From Squalus acanthias (Eukaryota), in assembly GCA_030390025.1 (NCBI GenBank), contig CM059437.1, positions 54,188,001-54,252,000 on the forward strand: a DNA stretch of 64,000 nt, given 5' to 3'. Positions 24,406-37,719 of this stretch are shown here, one piece after another (positions within the stretch are counted from its first letter, which is position 1; each line of letters starts with the position of its first letter). The notes under the pieces are model-generated. The model did not search any database, was not told where the DNA came from, and was given only the letters and a program-made list of their open reading frames with translations. The position numbers and the translations under genes are program-made.

Positions 24406-24537
24406 ACAACACAGACGCATTATATGAAATAACATTAAGCGGATCTAATTGATTTATGTTGGAACCAGGGATCCGTAATATTAACACAGGGTATCCAAGA
24501 ATCGAAAATGTTCTTTGCTAAGTCTAATTTTTGTTGT

Positions 24538-26775
24538 GATAGCAAAATACTGCGGATGCTGGAAATCCGAAATAACAACAGAAAACGCTGGAAAACTCAG
24601 CAGGCCAGGCAGCATCCGTGGAGAGAGAAACAGAGTTAACGTTTCAGGTCGAAGACCTTTCGTCAGAACTGGAAACAAGCAGGAAATTGAATAGATTTTA
24701 AAGCAAGTTTAAGGGCTGGGAAAAGGGGGAGGGGATGAAAGAACAAAAGGGAAGGCCAGTGATAGGATAGAAAGCAGGAGAGATTAAGAGACATTAAGAT
24801 ATATTCAAGGCAAGAGGAGGTGGTAATGGGAAAGGGAAAGGAAAAAAGGATGGCTCTAGATGAAGTGTGAATTGCGCTGGCAGAATGAAGGACAGCTGCC
24901 ATGTGGGAGGGAAGAAAAAAAGGCCAAACAAAAGTGTGGAAAAATATATATATATATATGTGATAGGGGCCGAGGTTATGATCTGAAATTGTTGAACTCT
25001 ATTTGAGTCCAGAGGGCTGTAGAGTGCCTAATCGAAAGATGAGGTGCTGTTCCTCGAGCTTACGCTGAGCTTCCATGCAACAATGCAAGAGGCTGAGGAC
25101 GGTGAGGTCTGAGTGGGAATGGTGTGCTGAATTAAAGTGACAGGCCACAGGGAGCTGGGGGGCCCCCTTACGGACTGAACAGAGGTGTTCCGCAAAGCGG
25201 TCACCCAATCTGCGTTTGGTCTCCCCAGTGTAGAGGAGCCCACATCGTGAGCAGCGAATACAGTATACTAAATTGCAGGAAGTACAAGTAAATCGCTGTG
25301 TCACCTGGAAGGGATGTTTGGGGCCCTGGACAGTTGGAAGGGGGGAGGTATAAGGGCATGTGTTGCATCTCCTGCGCTTGCACGGGAAGGTGCCAGGCGA
25401 AGGGGAGGGGATGCTGAGGGTGGTAGAGGAGTGGACTAGGGTGTCGCGGAGGGAGCAGTCCCTACGGAATGCTGAAAGGGGAGGTGACGGGAAGATGCAT
25501 TTGGTGGTGGGATCACGCTGGAGGTAGCGGAAATGGCGGAGGGTGATCCGTTGAATGTGGAGGCTGGTGGGGTGAAAAGTTTTGGACAAGGGGAACTGTA
25601 TCGTGGTTCTGGGAGGGAGGGGCAGGGGTGAGGGCAGAAGTGCGGGAGATAGAGCGGACACGGTCGAGGGCCGTGTCAACCACAGTAGAGGGGAATCCTC
25701 AGTTGAGGAAAAAGGAAGACATGTCGGAAGCATTTGTATGGAAGGTGGCATCGTGAGACCAGATGTGGCGGGGATGGAGAAACTGGGAGAATGGAATAGA
25801 GTCCTTACAGGTGGCGGGGTGGGAGGAAGTGTAGTCCAGGTAGCTGTGGGAGTCAGTGGGCTTGTAGTGAATGTTTCGCAATAACCTATCCCCAGAGATG
25901 GAGACGAGAAGTCGAGGAAGGGAAGGGAAGAGTCGGAGATGGACCATGTGAAGGTGAGGGTAGGGTGGAAATTGGAAGCCAAGTGAATGAAATTTTCTAG
26001 TTCAGGGCGAGAGCAGGAGACGGCACCGATACAGTCATCAATGTATGGAAAAAGACGTGAGGGAGGGTACCCGAGTAGGACTGGAACAAAGAGTGTTCCA
26101 CATATCCCACGAAAATGCAGCCATAACTAGGACCCATGCAGGTACCCATAGCAACACCTTTGATTTGGAGGAAATGAGTGGAGTCAAAGGAGCAGTTGTT
26201 CAATGTGAGAACAAGTTTTGCCAGGCGGAGGAGGGTGGTGGTGGATGGGGACTGGTTGGGCCTCTTTTCAAGGAAGAAGCGGAGCGCCCTCAGGACATCC
26301 TGGTGGGGGATGGAGGTGTAGAGGGATTGTATGTCTATAGTGAAAAGGAGGCAGTTGGGGCCGGGAAACTGGAAACTGTTAAAGTGGCAAGGGCGTCGGA
26401 AGAGTCGCGGATGTAGGTGGGAAGAGACTGTACAAGGGGAGAAAAAAGAGAGTCGAGATAGGAAGAGATAAATTCCTTGGGGCAAGAACAGGCTGAAACG
26501 ATGGGTCTACCAGGGCAGTCCTGTTTGTGGATCTGGGGAAGGAGGTAGAAGCGGGCTGTGCGGGGTTGGGGAACTAGGAGGTTGGCGGCCGTGGGGGGGA
26601 GATCTCCAGAGGAGATGAGGTCAGCGACAGTCTTGGAAACGGTGGCTTCATGTTCGGTAGTGGGGTCTTGGTCCAGGTGGAGATAGGAGGAGGTGTCGGA
26701 GAGTTGAGGTTCAGCTTCCGCTAGGTAGAGATCGGTTCGCCAAACAACAACAGCACCACCCTTGTCAGCAGGTTT
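24538..26775 (-). mobile_element. Penelope-like retroelement (RT plus GIY-YIG endonuclease), frameshifted
   Basis: 25997-26485: TIDIQSLYTSIPH...QIKGVAMGTCMGPSY (PLE RT). 24999-25982: CKRRRCNTC...NLVYCIRCSRCGLLYTGETKRRLGDRFAEH...HFN (GIY-YIG). Empty site at about 46900-46925. Confidence 0.92.
24634..24670 (-). ncRNA. Minimal type I hammerhead ribozyme in the Penelope-like element terminal repeat
   Basis: Minus strand reads AGTT-CTGACGA-A-AGGTC-TTC-GACCT-GAAACGTT-AACT: CUGANGA and GAAA boxes, 5-bp stem II, palindromic AACGTT stem III, AGTT/AACT stem I. Confidence 0.75.
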
Positions 26776-27249
26776 GTCCTTTGATCTCGGGGTATGTGCA
26801 ATAATGGTATGGCCTCAGCTATGGTATATCACTAGGTGCCCTGAGAAATTGGTGTAGGGCATTCTCCTTGAAGCTCTGCAATCCTTCTGGTGATGGTGCT
26901 CCCAACTCGGTATTGGGTAGGTAATCCCAGGTGATTGAAGCAGCAACCGCGAAAGAGCGGCGAAATATATACAAGTTAGGATAGTCTATGTCTTGGAGGG
27001 GAACCTGGAGGTGATGGTGTTCGCACAACATTGTTGGTTTGATCCTTCTAGAGGTTAATGTGACAGGGAGAACCAGTGCTATCAAATCAACCGTGGTAAT
27101 TTGCTGCAGTGCATTCTGTAGATCCTACAGAATGCCAATGATGAGTTATATATCGAGTTCAATGGCAGGAGCTCAGATCAAGTGAACTGTTCTCTTTTGA
27201 TTGGTGTTGAAATACTTGAGTGTTGTTGAGGCAGCACGCATCCAGACGT

Positions 27250-28545
27250 ATGATTACAGCTACTGGTGGTATTTTGTTTGAATTCGTCTGTGGTAGAAAT
27301 TCCTCTGGTCACTGTGTAATGCGATCTGTAACTGTTTGAGAAGATTTCCTCTTGATTGTCTCGTAAACCTAGAAGCTTGAGAGACGTTCTTTTAGAAGGT
27401 TTACGAGATCACCAGCAATACTGAATGAGAGAATCTTCATCAACGCATTTACAATGTCCCACAAATCGTGATTAAATCAATTCCTAACCCGCCTGCAAAC
27501 AAGTTGACGGAGGAGCACTCGGTGTTAACACGAAGCTAAACTCAGAGCCACCAATGCCACACTGTACAGCTCTATAATGAAATAAAACACTAGTCCATCT
27601 CACATAAACAATATTGGTCATGTTCAATACAGGTAGGGCGAGGGTCAACAATTGTTGGTTTACTCTCACTCTTTTAGGGACCCAATCTTACTGACTTAAT
27701 TAAATCCCACGATTCCGTGAAACCCCTTGTTATGATGCGTTATTTTCTGCACTTTACTTGTTAAATAACGAAATAACTGAGAATATCAATCAATGGCTGT
27801 TTAGGCACAAACATTCTTGGAGGAGAGGATGATGAGCATGCTGTGGTTTGGACCATCTGGATCTGAATTGGTTATTGTGTTTTGTATTTTAAACCTCGTT
27901 AACCTAAAAATATATTTATATATTCGATTAAGGCTGTTTACATCGTGTTCACATTGTGTGTTATCCTGGGCGGGGAGGAGACACTACGTGGCTTTCTGTG
28001 GCTCTGTCAGGAGGCCATTTTGAGGACAGACTGAGCTGGGCCATTGCAATCTTCGATGGTCAGACTGCTGCTTGTTACCTTTTTGTATTTTACACGAGAT
28101 GCACTGCTTGGGTTCAGTGTCAATGAGTACTTACATCTGCGAAACACACTTCTCTAGGAAGCAGAGTGCGGCTGTATCTGCCCAATATTTAAATGAAAAT
28201 AATGTGCCTCGGATTGAACAGAAAACGCTTGCGCTCTGTGAAGGGACAACCTTTGCAAAGGGATTCCAACCGCAGTGACTCGAAACGTAATTGTTCGCTG
28301 TCCTACTGCACGTGGGGTGTGCAGCTAATTGAATGAAAAAAATCTAACGCAGGCATTTTCGCTTTATCCTAGGTGGGGACGAAATAATCGTGTGCAACCA
28401 CGTATTGTGATTGAAAAAATCTCTCAAACTTCATGTTTTCGGCGCATTTAAAGTTAGATCAATATAAATTATTGGCACTGAATACAATGTGATGCTTTCC
28501 TGTTATTTAAATTGTTTCTCACTACATATATCTGCAGAGAATCTG
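27250..28545. repeat. Non-coding duplicated block downstream of the C exon (paralogue at about 47350-48715)
   Basis: Colinear similarity between the two spacers with no recognisable TE protein motifs. Confidence 0.75.
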
Positions 28546-30065
28546 CAGCATAGAAGTAGGTCAATTCCGGCCGTCCGCCTTGTTTCGGCTTTCAGTTAGA
28601 TCATGCTGGATCTGCACCTGACTTCCATTTACCCGGCCTTGTATCATATCTCTTCATACACTTACCGAATTAAAATCTATCGATCTCAGTCATGAAAGTT
28701 TCAATTGACCCATTAACCACAGCCTTTGGGACGGGGGAGGGGCGGTGCGAGATGCTTGTTTCAGATTTAAACTATCGTGTGTGTGAAAGGATGCTTCCTG
28801 ATTTCACTCCTAAATGGCCCAGCTCTAATTTTAAGATTGTGTCCTCTTTTTCTGGATTTCCTCACTAGTGGAAATAATTTCTCTGTATCTGTCTGATCGA
28901 ATTTCATAATAATTTTATATACCTCCGTTGCATCACTGTTAAAACTTAAGAAAATACAAACCAGCCGTTAAAACATAAGAAAATACAAATCACGTTTATG
29001 CAATCTGTCCTCTTAATTGAACACTTTCAAATCTGGTATCATTTTGATGAATCTGTACTGTACCCCTTTCCAAGCTCAATATATCTTTCCTAACTTCGAT
29101 GCCCAGAACGGAATGCAATACTCCAGATGTGGTCTGGCCAGTGCTGTCCAGAACGGAAGCATTACTCCTTCACTTTTTAATTCCAATTCCCTTGGGAGAA
29201 AGTTCAACATTCCATTAGTCTCTTTGATCACTTTTTGCACCTGTGCACTAGTTTTTCGTGATTTGTTTACATGGATACATAAATCCGTTTGTTTATTCAC
29301 AGCTCCTAGTCTCTCAGTATTTAGCAAATATTCTGATTTGTCATTCTCAGGCCCAAAGTGGTCGACTTCATGCTTCCCCACATTGAGCTACATCTGCCAT
29401 AATTTTCGCCCTTTCACTGAGTCTATCTAGGTAACTTCCATCGCCGATCCACACAACTTATTGTGCCTCCTAACTTAGTGTCGTCTGCAGACTTGTATAT
29501 ACAACTCGCTATGCCTTCATCCAAATCATTAATATATATGGTGAAAAGCTGAGGTCCCAGAACTGATCCCTCGGGAACACGATTTATGACATTCAACCAA
29601 TCAGAGAACGAACCTTTATCCCTGCTCTCTTTCTCCTACCTCCCAACCAATTGCCAGCCCATAAATTCAAATACATTATTTATTTGATCTGTAGGTTGTT
29701 ATCTTATATTTATCCCTCCCTGTTCTGGACTCACTCACAGTGAAAACTGCTTAGCCACGTCCCCCCTACCGCACTCAATCCTAAATGTAAAGGCCTGTAT
29801 CAAATCTTATCAGTCTTCTCTTTTCCTGATAGTTGCATTCTCCCATGTCTAGTAATAACCTTGTAAGTATTTTCTGCACTTTCTCCAATCCTTCAATATC
29901 ATGTTGTAGTATGGAGACCAGAACTGAGCATAGTTCTATATAAATCTAACACTAACCCCTGCTTTTGTATTTATGTCTCGAGAAACGAACCCGCACTTTC
30001 TTTACAATCTTTATGGCCTTAACAGCTTGTGTTGCTACTTTTAGCGATTTAAGTATTTTTAGTCC
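28545..30065 (-). mobile_element. Old CR1 fragments in the 3' flank (paralogues at about 48720-50055 and 1-330)
   Basis: 29076-29381 translation ALARPHLEYCIPFW and related CR1 RT C-terminal motifs. Confidence 0.75.
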
Positions 30066-30882
30066 TAAATCCGTCTGAACAAGGAAGACTATGTACTAAA
30101 GGGGATACCGTACCGAGTGTGTGATTATTGTGAAGCCAAATTTAAAAGCGCGACTCTTATCTGAGCTGGTTTCAGTCAAGGGCCTGACAGAATCTGTAGT
30201 TATGACGCTTTGGTCTGCTACTAATAACACCTGTTTCAATGTAACCATTACTGACCAATGGTTAAAGTCCTCAGATAGTTTTGATAAATTCATGCAATTG
30301 CAGAAACTGCACTGCTGTTGGTCCAGGATGTCTAAAAGGGAGGCGGTCAGAGGTTTTCCCTGAATTTGTGTAACCAGATGATTTAGAAGAACTTACACCA
30401 CGTGCTTTGAATTCTTGTCATAAAAACGGAGAAAATTCAGCCAAGTCTACTTTAAAACTATGTTGTGTGATTATTTTCACGAAATGTTAAATTAAAGTTA
30501 TACATCGTGTACTCACTGATTTCACTGACTCTACATAAAATGTGCAGAACGTCGCAAAAAAAATAAAACCTCACTATTTGGTCACATTTAGAAAGCTGCT
30601 ATAATTGCCTCGGGGTTAACGGACAGAAAGAATAAGAGCAACTGAAATAACGGAATAGTCATTTTATATCACTGCGGCATTTGTAAAGTTACACTGAAAC
30701 TTTGATCAGTTCAGGGTGTGCACACTGTAAAATACAGACAGCGGAATGCAGCGGACAAACTGCACATCTGCTGTGATTGGAAGTGTTCCACTTAAAATCA
30801 AACATGTAATTTCTGAACACAGAAAGTAATTTTAAAGAAACATTGCCAATGGTATAATCGATCAATACATAAGATTTTTGAA

Positions 30883-33800
30883 TCAGATACAGCTGGATCT
30901 CGCAATACTTGTTTGAAGCGGGTTTGCCTGAGTCTCGTGTTTAACCACACAGGTGTAAAGCTCGTGTCAGTTCCACTCTGAGGCTGGCAGAGTCAGATAA
31001 CTGCTCACACTGAACGTGTTGTCCGTCTCCTGCTGGATCCGACTGGTCTCAACACCATTCCCTCTGACACTGCCATCTACGGTCCACTCAATCTCCACAG
31101 CGCCCGGGTTAAAGCCGTTCACCAAACACACCAGGGTCGCCGTGTTCTTTGCTGCGATTTGATCCGATAAGGCGGAAGGACAGACACCGCGGGGCCTCGC
31201 GGATCTAAAAAGGAGAAACAAATGAAGAAGCTCCATTCTTAATTGACATAAAAGTCGCAATCAATGTTTTACTTTCTTCAATTATTTTTAAATGCGGGGT
31301 CACTCTACAAAGCTATGAGGAAATTAATACAACGGAACCTCATTAGTGTCAATTGTACAACGAGTGGGCCCCACAATTCTAGAAAATATAGAACCAGAGA
31401 AGATGTTCCTACTTTTCCTACATGGAAAGGAACAGATACAAAACCTTAAAGGAAATTTAATCTAACAGAAATTAAGGGTCAGAAAATAATTAAAACACAA
31501 AAAATTACCGGGACACAGTATTATATTGAAATGTGCTGGTCTGACGCAATCTGCCGTAGACAGTGTCCCAGGAACTCAGGATTTAAAAGAAACGTAAAAA
31601 GCAATGAATCAGAATTTGGGATAAATATTGGAACCATTGCTGACAGCAAAGATTCTGTAATGTTTAACTCAAATCACTCGATTCTAATCAATTTATTGTT
31701 AATCTCGATTGTTTGCTTCTGTCTCTTCTATTGACGGAAGTGGTAAATATAGGGCTAATATTTGGATTTCTGTACAATCACTGCCGCGGCCGCTCTGCTC
31801 GGCTCCGCGTTTCACATGTTTTTCCGCCCCGTCCTGACGGTGACTATGTTGTACAAAATTTCAGAAGACTGTTCTATCACATACGAAATACGCTGTTTGG
31901 AGAAATCTCTGGGGTCAGAGTGTCACAAATGATACGTTTTCATTAAAGAAAGAGAGTTTCCAACAAAGAACATCTGTTATTGTAAACAATTTTACCTACA
32001 ATGTATAATTATATACGCAAATAATGAAGCCAAAAATATTCTCGGCAATATTTGTCTCTCAACCAACATCGCTAAAACACGTTAACTGGTCATGATCACA
32101 TTGCTGTTTGTGGGACCTTGCTGTGCGCAAATAGGTTGCCGCGTTTCTCACATTACAAGGGTGACTATACTACAAAAGTACTTAATTGGCTGTGAAGCGC
32201 GTTGAGATGTTCTAAGGTCGTCGTAGGCGCTATATCAATGCAAGGACAATCTTTTTATTATTAAATAGAAATATTCTCATGATAGTAACAATGAAATATA
32301 ACCCAATGTAAGAATGTTGAAGCCGGATTATCACAATCTCCTGTCTCTTTAAATGACCGTTCGCAACGGCCATAGGCTACAAGCCAAAGCTGCCAATGAC
32401 AAACTCTCGGTAAAATGGTTTATGTAACGTAAAGCACCGAAGAAAGGGTTGAAACATTATTTTTTTCAAAACTAGAATTAGAGGCTGGGCCGTTACAATT
32501 GGTTCTGGCATTGAGGTGAGGTGCCAGCTATACCGGCGCGTCTCACCAATACCAGGTTTGCCCGGGTCGGTTTCAAAATCTATTGCCGTTCTGAGAGGTT
32601 CGCCCTGGAGCCTACAACTTCACCTTTCTTTCTTTACATTATCATTTGGAGGCTGAAATGCGAGTAGTCTGACAATGCCGCCAACTCCTATTGTCACAGT
32701 TGGTTTAATCTCCCTGATGCACCCGGAGTTTAGCTGAACATTCTGATATTGACATATCTGCAGTCCCGTGGGATTATTGAGCGGGGTTTCATATCAGTTT
32801 ATTTTATTGTCTAAACGCAAGAGTTTTACAATGAACTCTCTTTACATTGGCATTAATACCAGATCTATTCGTAAAGGATCAACTGATAATATTATGGAGC
32901 ATTTTTCTATTTCATATCTCATCTTAGCCCATTTCACCCTGATGTAGCCGAATAACCAAGTTAAAATAGCGATGGAATATCCGCATTTTCTGTAATATTA
33001 CCCCTCACACTGACACTGACCACAGAATCAGCAGCAAAGCGCAATTGACTGACTACAAAAGAAGGTGCAAAATCTGAAAATCTGAAAACTTTCTCCGAGA
33101 CATTCCTACACAATTGATCCGATGGGAAGATAATGAGCCCGTGACTTGTTAAGAAAACTGACATCCTGTCAGTCATTGGTGTTTGTTTCTGTGTTATGCA
33201 GGAAATCACTAGCTGAATTTAGCGCAACAGTCTGATTACTATAGTGATGGGGATTAATGCGAAACGTAGGACTTAGAATCTTGGACTGAATGTTTATCAT
33301 TGAGTTTGGAGACGAGTTGGAGGGAGTTACAGCAAGTCCCCACACTATCCTTCCGCAGTCTCAATCCGTTAATGGTGATAAATCGTGGCTGCGCTTTAAG
33401 TGGAATGAAAACGGCATCGTATGAAGGTTTTGAATTTATGTTTGTAGGCTTTTGATTGGGGCTATAAGGGCTGGCTGTAAGCCAGTCTGAAAGACTATGT
33501 GGAATTCATAGAATTATAGAGCGTGGAAGGAGGCTGATGGCGCCCTTTGTAAGACATGTCCACTTAATCCATTTCTCATATATCTGTTTTTCCTTTTTTC
33601 AATGTTTATCCACTTCCCATTTAAGCGCCACTGTGGTTCTGCTCGCCCCACTCTTACAAGGAGGACACTGCAGTCCTACCAGTCCCTTGGCTAAAGAAAA
33701 TATCCTAATTTGCCCCTCTCGTTGTTCTAGACATGACGTTCAATTTATGTGCTCAGGTTAACGACTGGCCGAGGAGTGAAAATATTTTTTCATCTTTCTG

Positions 33801-34695
33801 GAACAAAATGGCTCATAATTCTGAACATGTCCAGCAGATCACACCGTCAGCTTCTAGTGAATCCATCTTCAATCGTTTCTCTCGTATCTAAAACCACGCA
33901 GTACTGGTATCAACTTAATAAATTCCCCCTGCACCCTCTCCAAGGACTGGATACCCTCCGTAAAATCGCGCGTCCTTTGTGCCTGGCTATCTCTTAAATA
34001 TCACTGGACGCTGATTCACAAGATACATATGAATATATTTTAAAAGCAATAATCTTGATTTACACCAATTCAACCTACCAAGCCAATTGCTTAAAAGTAA
34101 TTTTTGTTTTTTCTTCAGTAATGTTGCAAATGTTAGAGGACATTACAAATAATTAACTTACTGTCCAGATTCAGCTTGGTCCCTTTCCCGAAAGTGAAGC
34201 TAACTGAACGCTTCACAGCACAGAAATAATCGGCGGCGTCCTCGGACTGTAGGTTGGTTATGCTTAAATGCATTTTGTTACTCGATGAGTCCACAGACCC
34301 GGTAAATCGATCTGGAATTCCCGAACCTTTGGTGTTGCTTCCATCCCAAACAAACACAGGGGCACTGCCGGGTTTCTGCCAGTACCAGCTCGTGTAGTAG
34401 CTGCCGATGCTGCCTCCGGACAGGGTACAGGTGATCGTGACGGTTCTTCCCGGGGAGGTTGAGATGGACATTGGTTGAGTCAGGGCAGGATCAGCGTTTA
34501 TCCCTAGTGAAGTAACAAGTTATCGAACAGTCACACTCTGTGCAATTATGAATATTGCTTGTAATTCAGGTCCGTTAAACTCAATCACACAAAAAATCAG
34601 GGCAATGTAAAACGCAGAGATTCTGAAGGTTAATTCCTGTACTTACTGTGGAGACAGAGCATCAGTGCGGCTAGAACTCGAACCCATTCAGTCAA
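30883..34695 (-). pseudogene. Ig light chain pseudogene, cluster 2. Exons 34695-34647 (leader), 34503-34162 (VJ), 31204-30883 (C)
   Basis: Colinear with cluster 3. Start ATG>TTG (34693-34695); C exon is 322 nt with a 1-nt deletion near 31168 (CCT TCA TCG > CCT TA TCG) and TCA>TGA at 30967-30969; octamers mutated (34819-34826, 34879-34886); AATAAA>TATAAA (30663-30668). Confidence 0.92.
34162..34503 (-). pseudogene. IGLV: Germline-joined V-J exon of cluster 2 (frame and splice sites intact)
   Basis: 342 nt open frame DPALTQPMSISTSPGRTVTITC...WYWQKP...DYFCAVKRSVSFTFGKGTKLNLD; cactag acceptor and GTAAGT donor. Confidence 0.92.
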
Positions 34696-35176
34696 GGTGA
34701 AGGTTCTGTTGAGTGTCTGAAGGAAAATAGTTTCTGACACGAATATAGTTCTGGGCTCTTTCTAACCCTCTCTTTAAGAAGTTTCAAACATCGCAACGTC
34801 ATTGAATATTAATTATGCATGCGGACCTCCATCCACATGAAATCGGGCAAGAGGAGCCCAAGTGCTGCGTTGACTGACATTTACATAATGCGCATGCCAG
34901 CCAGTTTAGAATAATGAGAAACATTAGTTAAAGAGATAGAATACAACACGAGAATGATTGAATACAGCAAAATAAAAAATGCGGTGAGACAAGGAGGAAC
35001 GATTAGATGAGCCCAGGCTTGGATTTTAGAAGCCTGAAGATTACAATAGAGAGGGAAAGCTGAGGGCGGTAAGCGGTTTAATAGCTTTGGGATCTCGGGA
35101 AGAAAGAATTGGATAAGCAGAGTATGAGTTGAAATTTGATTTGTACACAGCGAGGAGTTAACGAGGTTGAACACTG

Positions 35177-35327
35177 NNNNNNNNNNNNNNNNNNNNNNNN
35201 NNNNNNNNNNNNNNNNNNNNNNNNNNNNNNNNNNNNNNNNNNNNNNNNNNNNNNNNNNNNNNNNNNNNNNNNNNNNNNNNNNNNNNNNNNNNNNNNNNNN
35301 NNNNNNNNNNNNNNNNNNNNNNNNNNN
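35177..35327. other. Assembly gap (151 N)
   Basis: Run of N. Confidence 1.
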
Positions 35328-35859
35328 ATGATAGACAATCACATAGGAAAGTGTTTCATCTATCCTGCCCTGCAATGTGAGTGAGGTATCAAAAGTGCCG
35401 TGGGAGCAGCATTCCAGATTTGGGAAGCCTTGGAATAGAGAGTTAAACGTCGTGAGAAAAATATGGAAGAGGAAACGGAGCTTTTCGCGAGAAGTTTTAT
35501 TAATGGAGCTGAGAACGATACTTGAGTTCACAGGGAGCAGTGAGGTTTAGAATGTCAAAGGATTGAAGGACGAATGGTGAATGAGTCAAATGTCAAAGTT
35601 GTTTATTAGACTTGTGATTGATATGGAAAACTGCAAGCTGAAATCCCGCTGTGCCGTGTTATTGTGAACCGTGTACGAAATTCCATTGCACCCTATTCCA
35701 AAAATAGCAACCAGAAATAAACGTATTACTTTCATGTACTACTCAGTGTGTTATAATTAATTAATAAACATCTGTCAGATAAACTACTGTCTGATAGTTT
35801 CTCGGATCTGTTTATCCAATAAAGGATAGGACACAGCACTACCACAATGGTTCATTTGG

Positions 35860-37350
35860 GAATTTTCTCTGGGCTTCTACCACTCCACCGTAACTTGTGG
35901 GGTAGTTAGTTGGAAACTCGGGGGATGAAGTGGTTCTTCGGTGTTAGAGTAAAACAGGCCAGTGAATCTGCACCATATTTCAGCAGCATGTAAAAACGGC
36001 TAACCAATCGCTATTACCTGTTTTACGCTAAGATCCAAGACCAATTTTACCCCCGCAGTTTACACGAGGGGTTTCTGCTGAGCATTCGCCGAAGTTACTG
36101 TCGTGGAGTAGGAGGAGCTCGAGGAAATTATTTGTGGTAGGAGCACAAGGGACTCCTGGGTTAGTCATTGCATACACATTGGAGTAGTTATTAGCATAAA
36201 TCCAGTGCGAAACGTGTATAGGAAACTGAGTGCATGTAAATTAGAGTGCAGCGTTTAACAGACACAGTTAAAACTATACACTTCAGCATCATACTGGAGA
36301 ACACCAGGTAAGGAGGGAACAGTGCTTGGCTCAGTCAATTACCTCTCACATAACTTCAGTGCATGTCTCATCAATCTTGTTGCCATACATTTCAAGGATT
36401 ATGACGAGAATTGGAGCATCTGCATCAATCACCGAGACAAAGTGGCAGGACGTGGCACTCAGGAACAGAAAATGATACAGAATTCCTGACTGGCACCTCT
36501 CAGCACACCTCAGGGACACTGAATTAATGAGGCAGAGACACGTGAATGTCTGTGCCAGCAAGTCTATCAAGAATAACCATTCTTGCCAACCGGACAGGAA
36601 TGTCACGTGCCTGCTGGAGGGGGTGACACTGGCACTGGATGCTCACTCTCCCACGCCCTGGACTGCATATGACTGCCAGAAGAAGTTCAACAACCTCGCC
36701 ACGGGAAGCAAGGTAACATACTAAGTGCTGGGCACCAGCACAATCTGCACCATCTTAAAGCAACAATTGGTCACTTTACATTTCATGATGCACTTAGGTT
36801 AACAGAGGTTCCAACTCAAGACCTTGCACTGTGATTACACCGCTTCCCTACAGTAATTACTTACATGCATAACACTAAAATCTCTTCTGGCCCTCAGTTT
36901 GCACCCATAAGAACGGAAGGCACTTGTAGGTACCCAGGAGACGGAGCGTGTTAGGAAAGAATAGGTTGGCTTCTGTGCACTTTGGACTTCATTGTACTAA
37001 AAGAGATTGTGCAGTGACATTGCACTTTGTTATTGATGGAGGTTACAGTCATACGTGAGAGGGTGTAGTTATTTGGTGCTGTATTATTCACCAGGCGGTG
37101 TTCATTGTCACCCTCGTGTAGAAGCAAAGGAGCTGATGTGTTGTCATGTTGTAGGAAAGGTAGTAGGTTGAGGGAATGTGTCTTTATTGGAAATGTTGAG
37201 TGTAGAAGGAGGTAATGCGATGGTGTCAATGGCAGACTTTATGCCCTGATGCAGCAACACTGACTGGTCTCCTGACTGTTGGTCATCATGATATTTTGTA
37301 CCACGTAGTTCTGGATCTAGCAGAGATTGGGCCTCCTCGCCAGCAGTGCT
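35860..37350 (+). mobile_element. Old Harbinger-like relic, Myb/SANT-like arm
   Basis: WTAYDCQKKFNNL followed by a GT donor at about 36712; homologous to 22270-22800 and 60160-61100. Confidence 0.55.
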
Positions 37351-37719
37351 AAAGTCCGGGAGGGGGGTGGAATTTGCTTGGTTAGCGCCTCTGGTTAGCC
37401 CTTCCGGGGCTAGTAGTGGGCCGCTAATGGCTTACCACACGTACACGGTGATTTTAGCGCTGTCCCCGAAATTAAATTGACGGTTTGCGGTGGCACTAAA
37501 CACTACCGACACGATCTCGTGACGTCATCCAAGCACACATCGCCCTGGTAGCGCCCCAGAACGGAAATTGACTCTCGCCCCCTGCCTCAGCGCCTGCCGC
37601 TAGGAACGACAGGTAGAGGAGGACAGTTTGCAGTCGGCTTCGAGCTGCAGGACCGCTATTTAAAGGCATGCACCTCCTGTTTTTTTCCTGTTGGCAATCA
37701 ATGCTGCCTTCGCACGTTG

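Noticed and set aside
34881-35531. ORFs spanning the N run and the ORF 38515-38853 with an IYLS repeat
   Set aside because: Artefacts of the gap and of the (TATC)n microsatellite within the inverted duplication.
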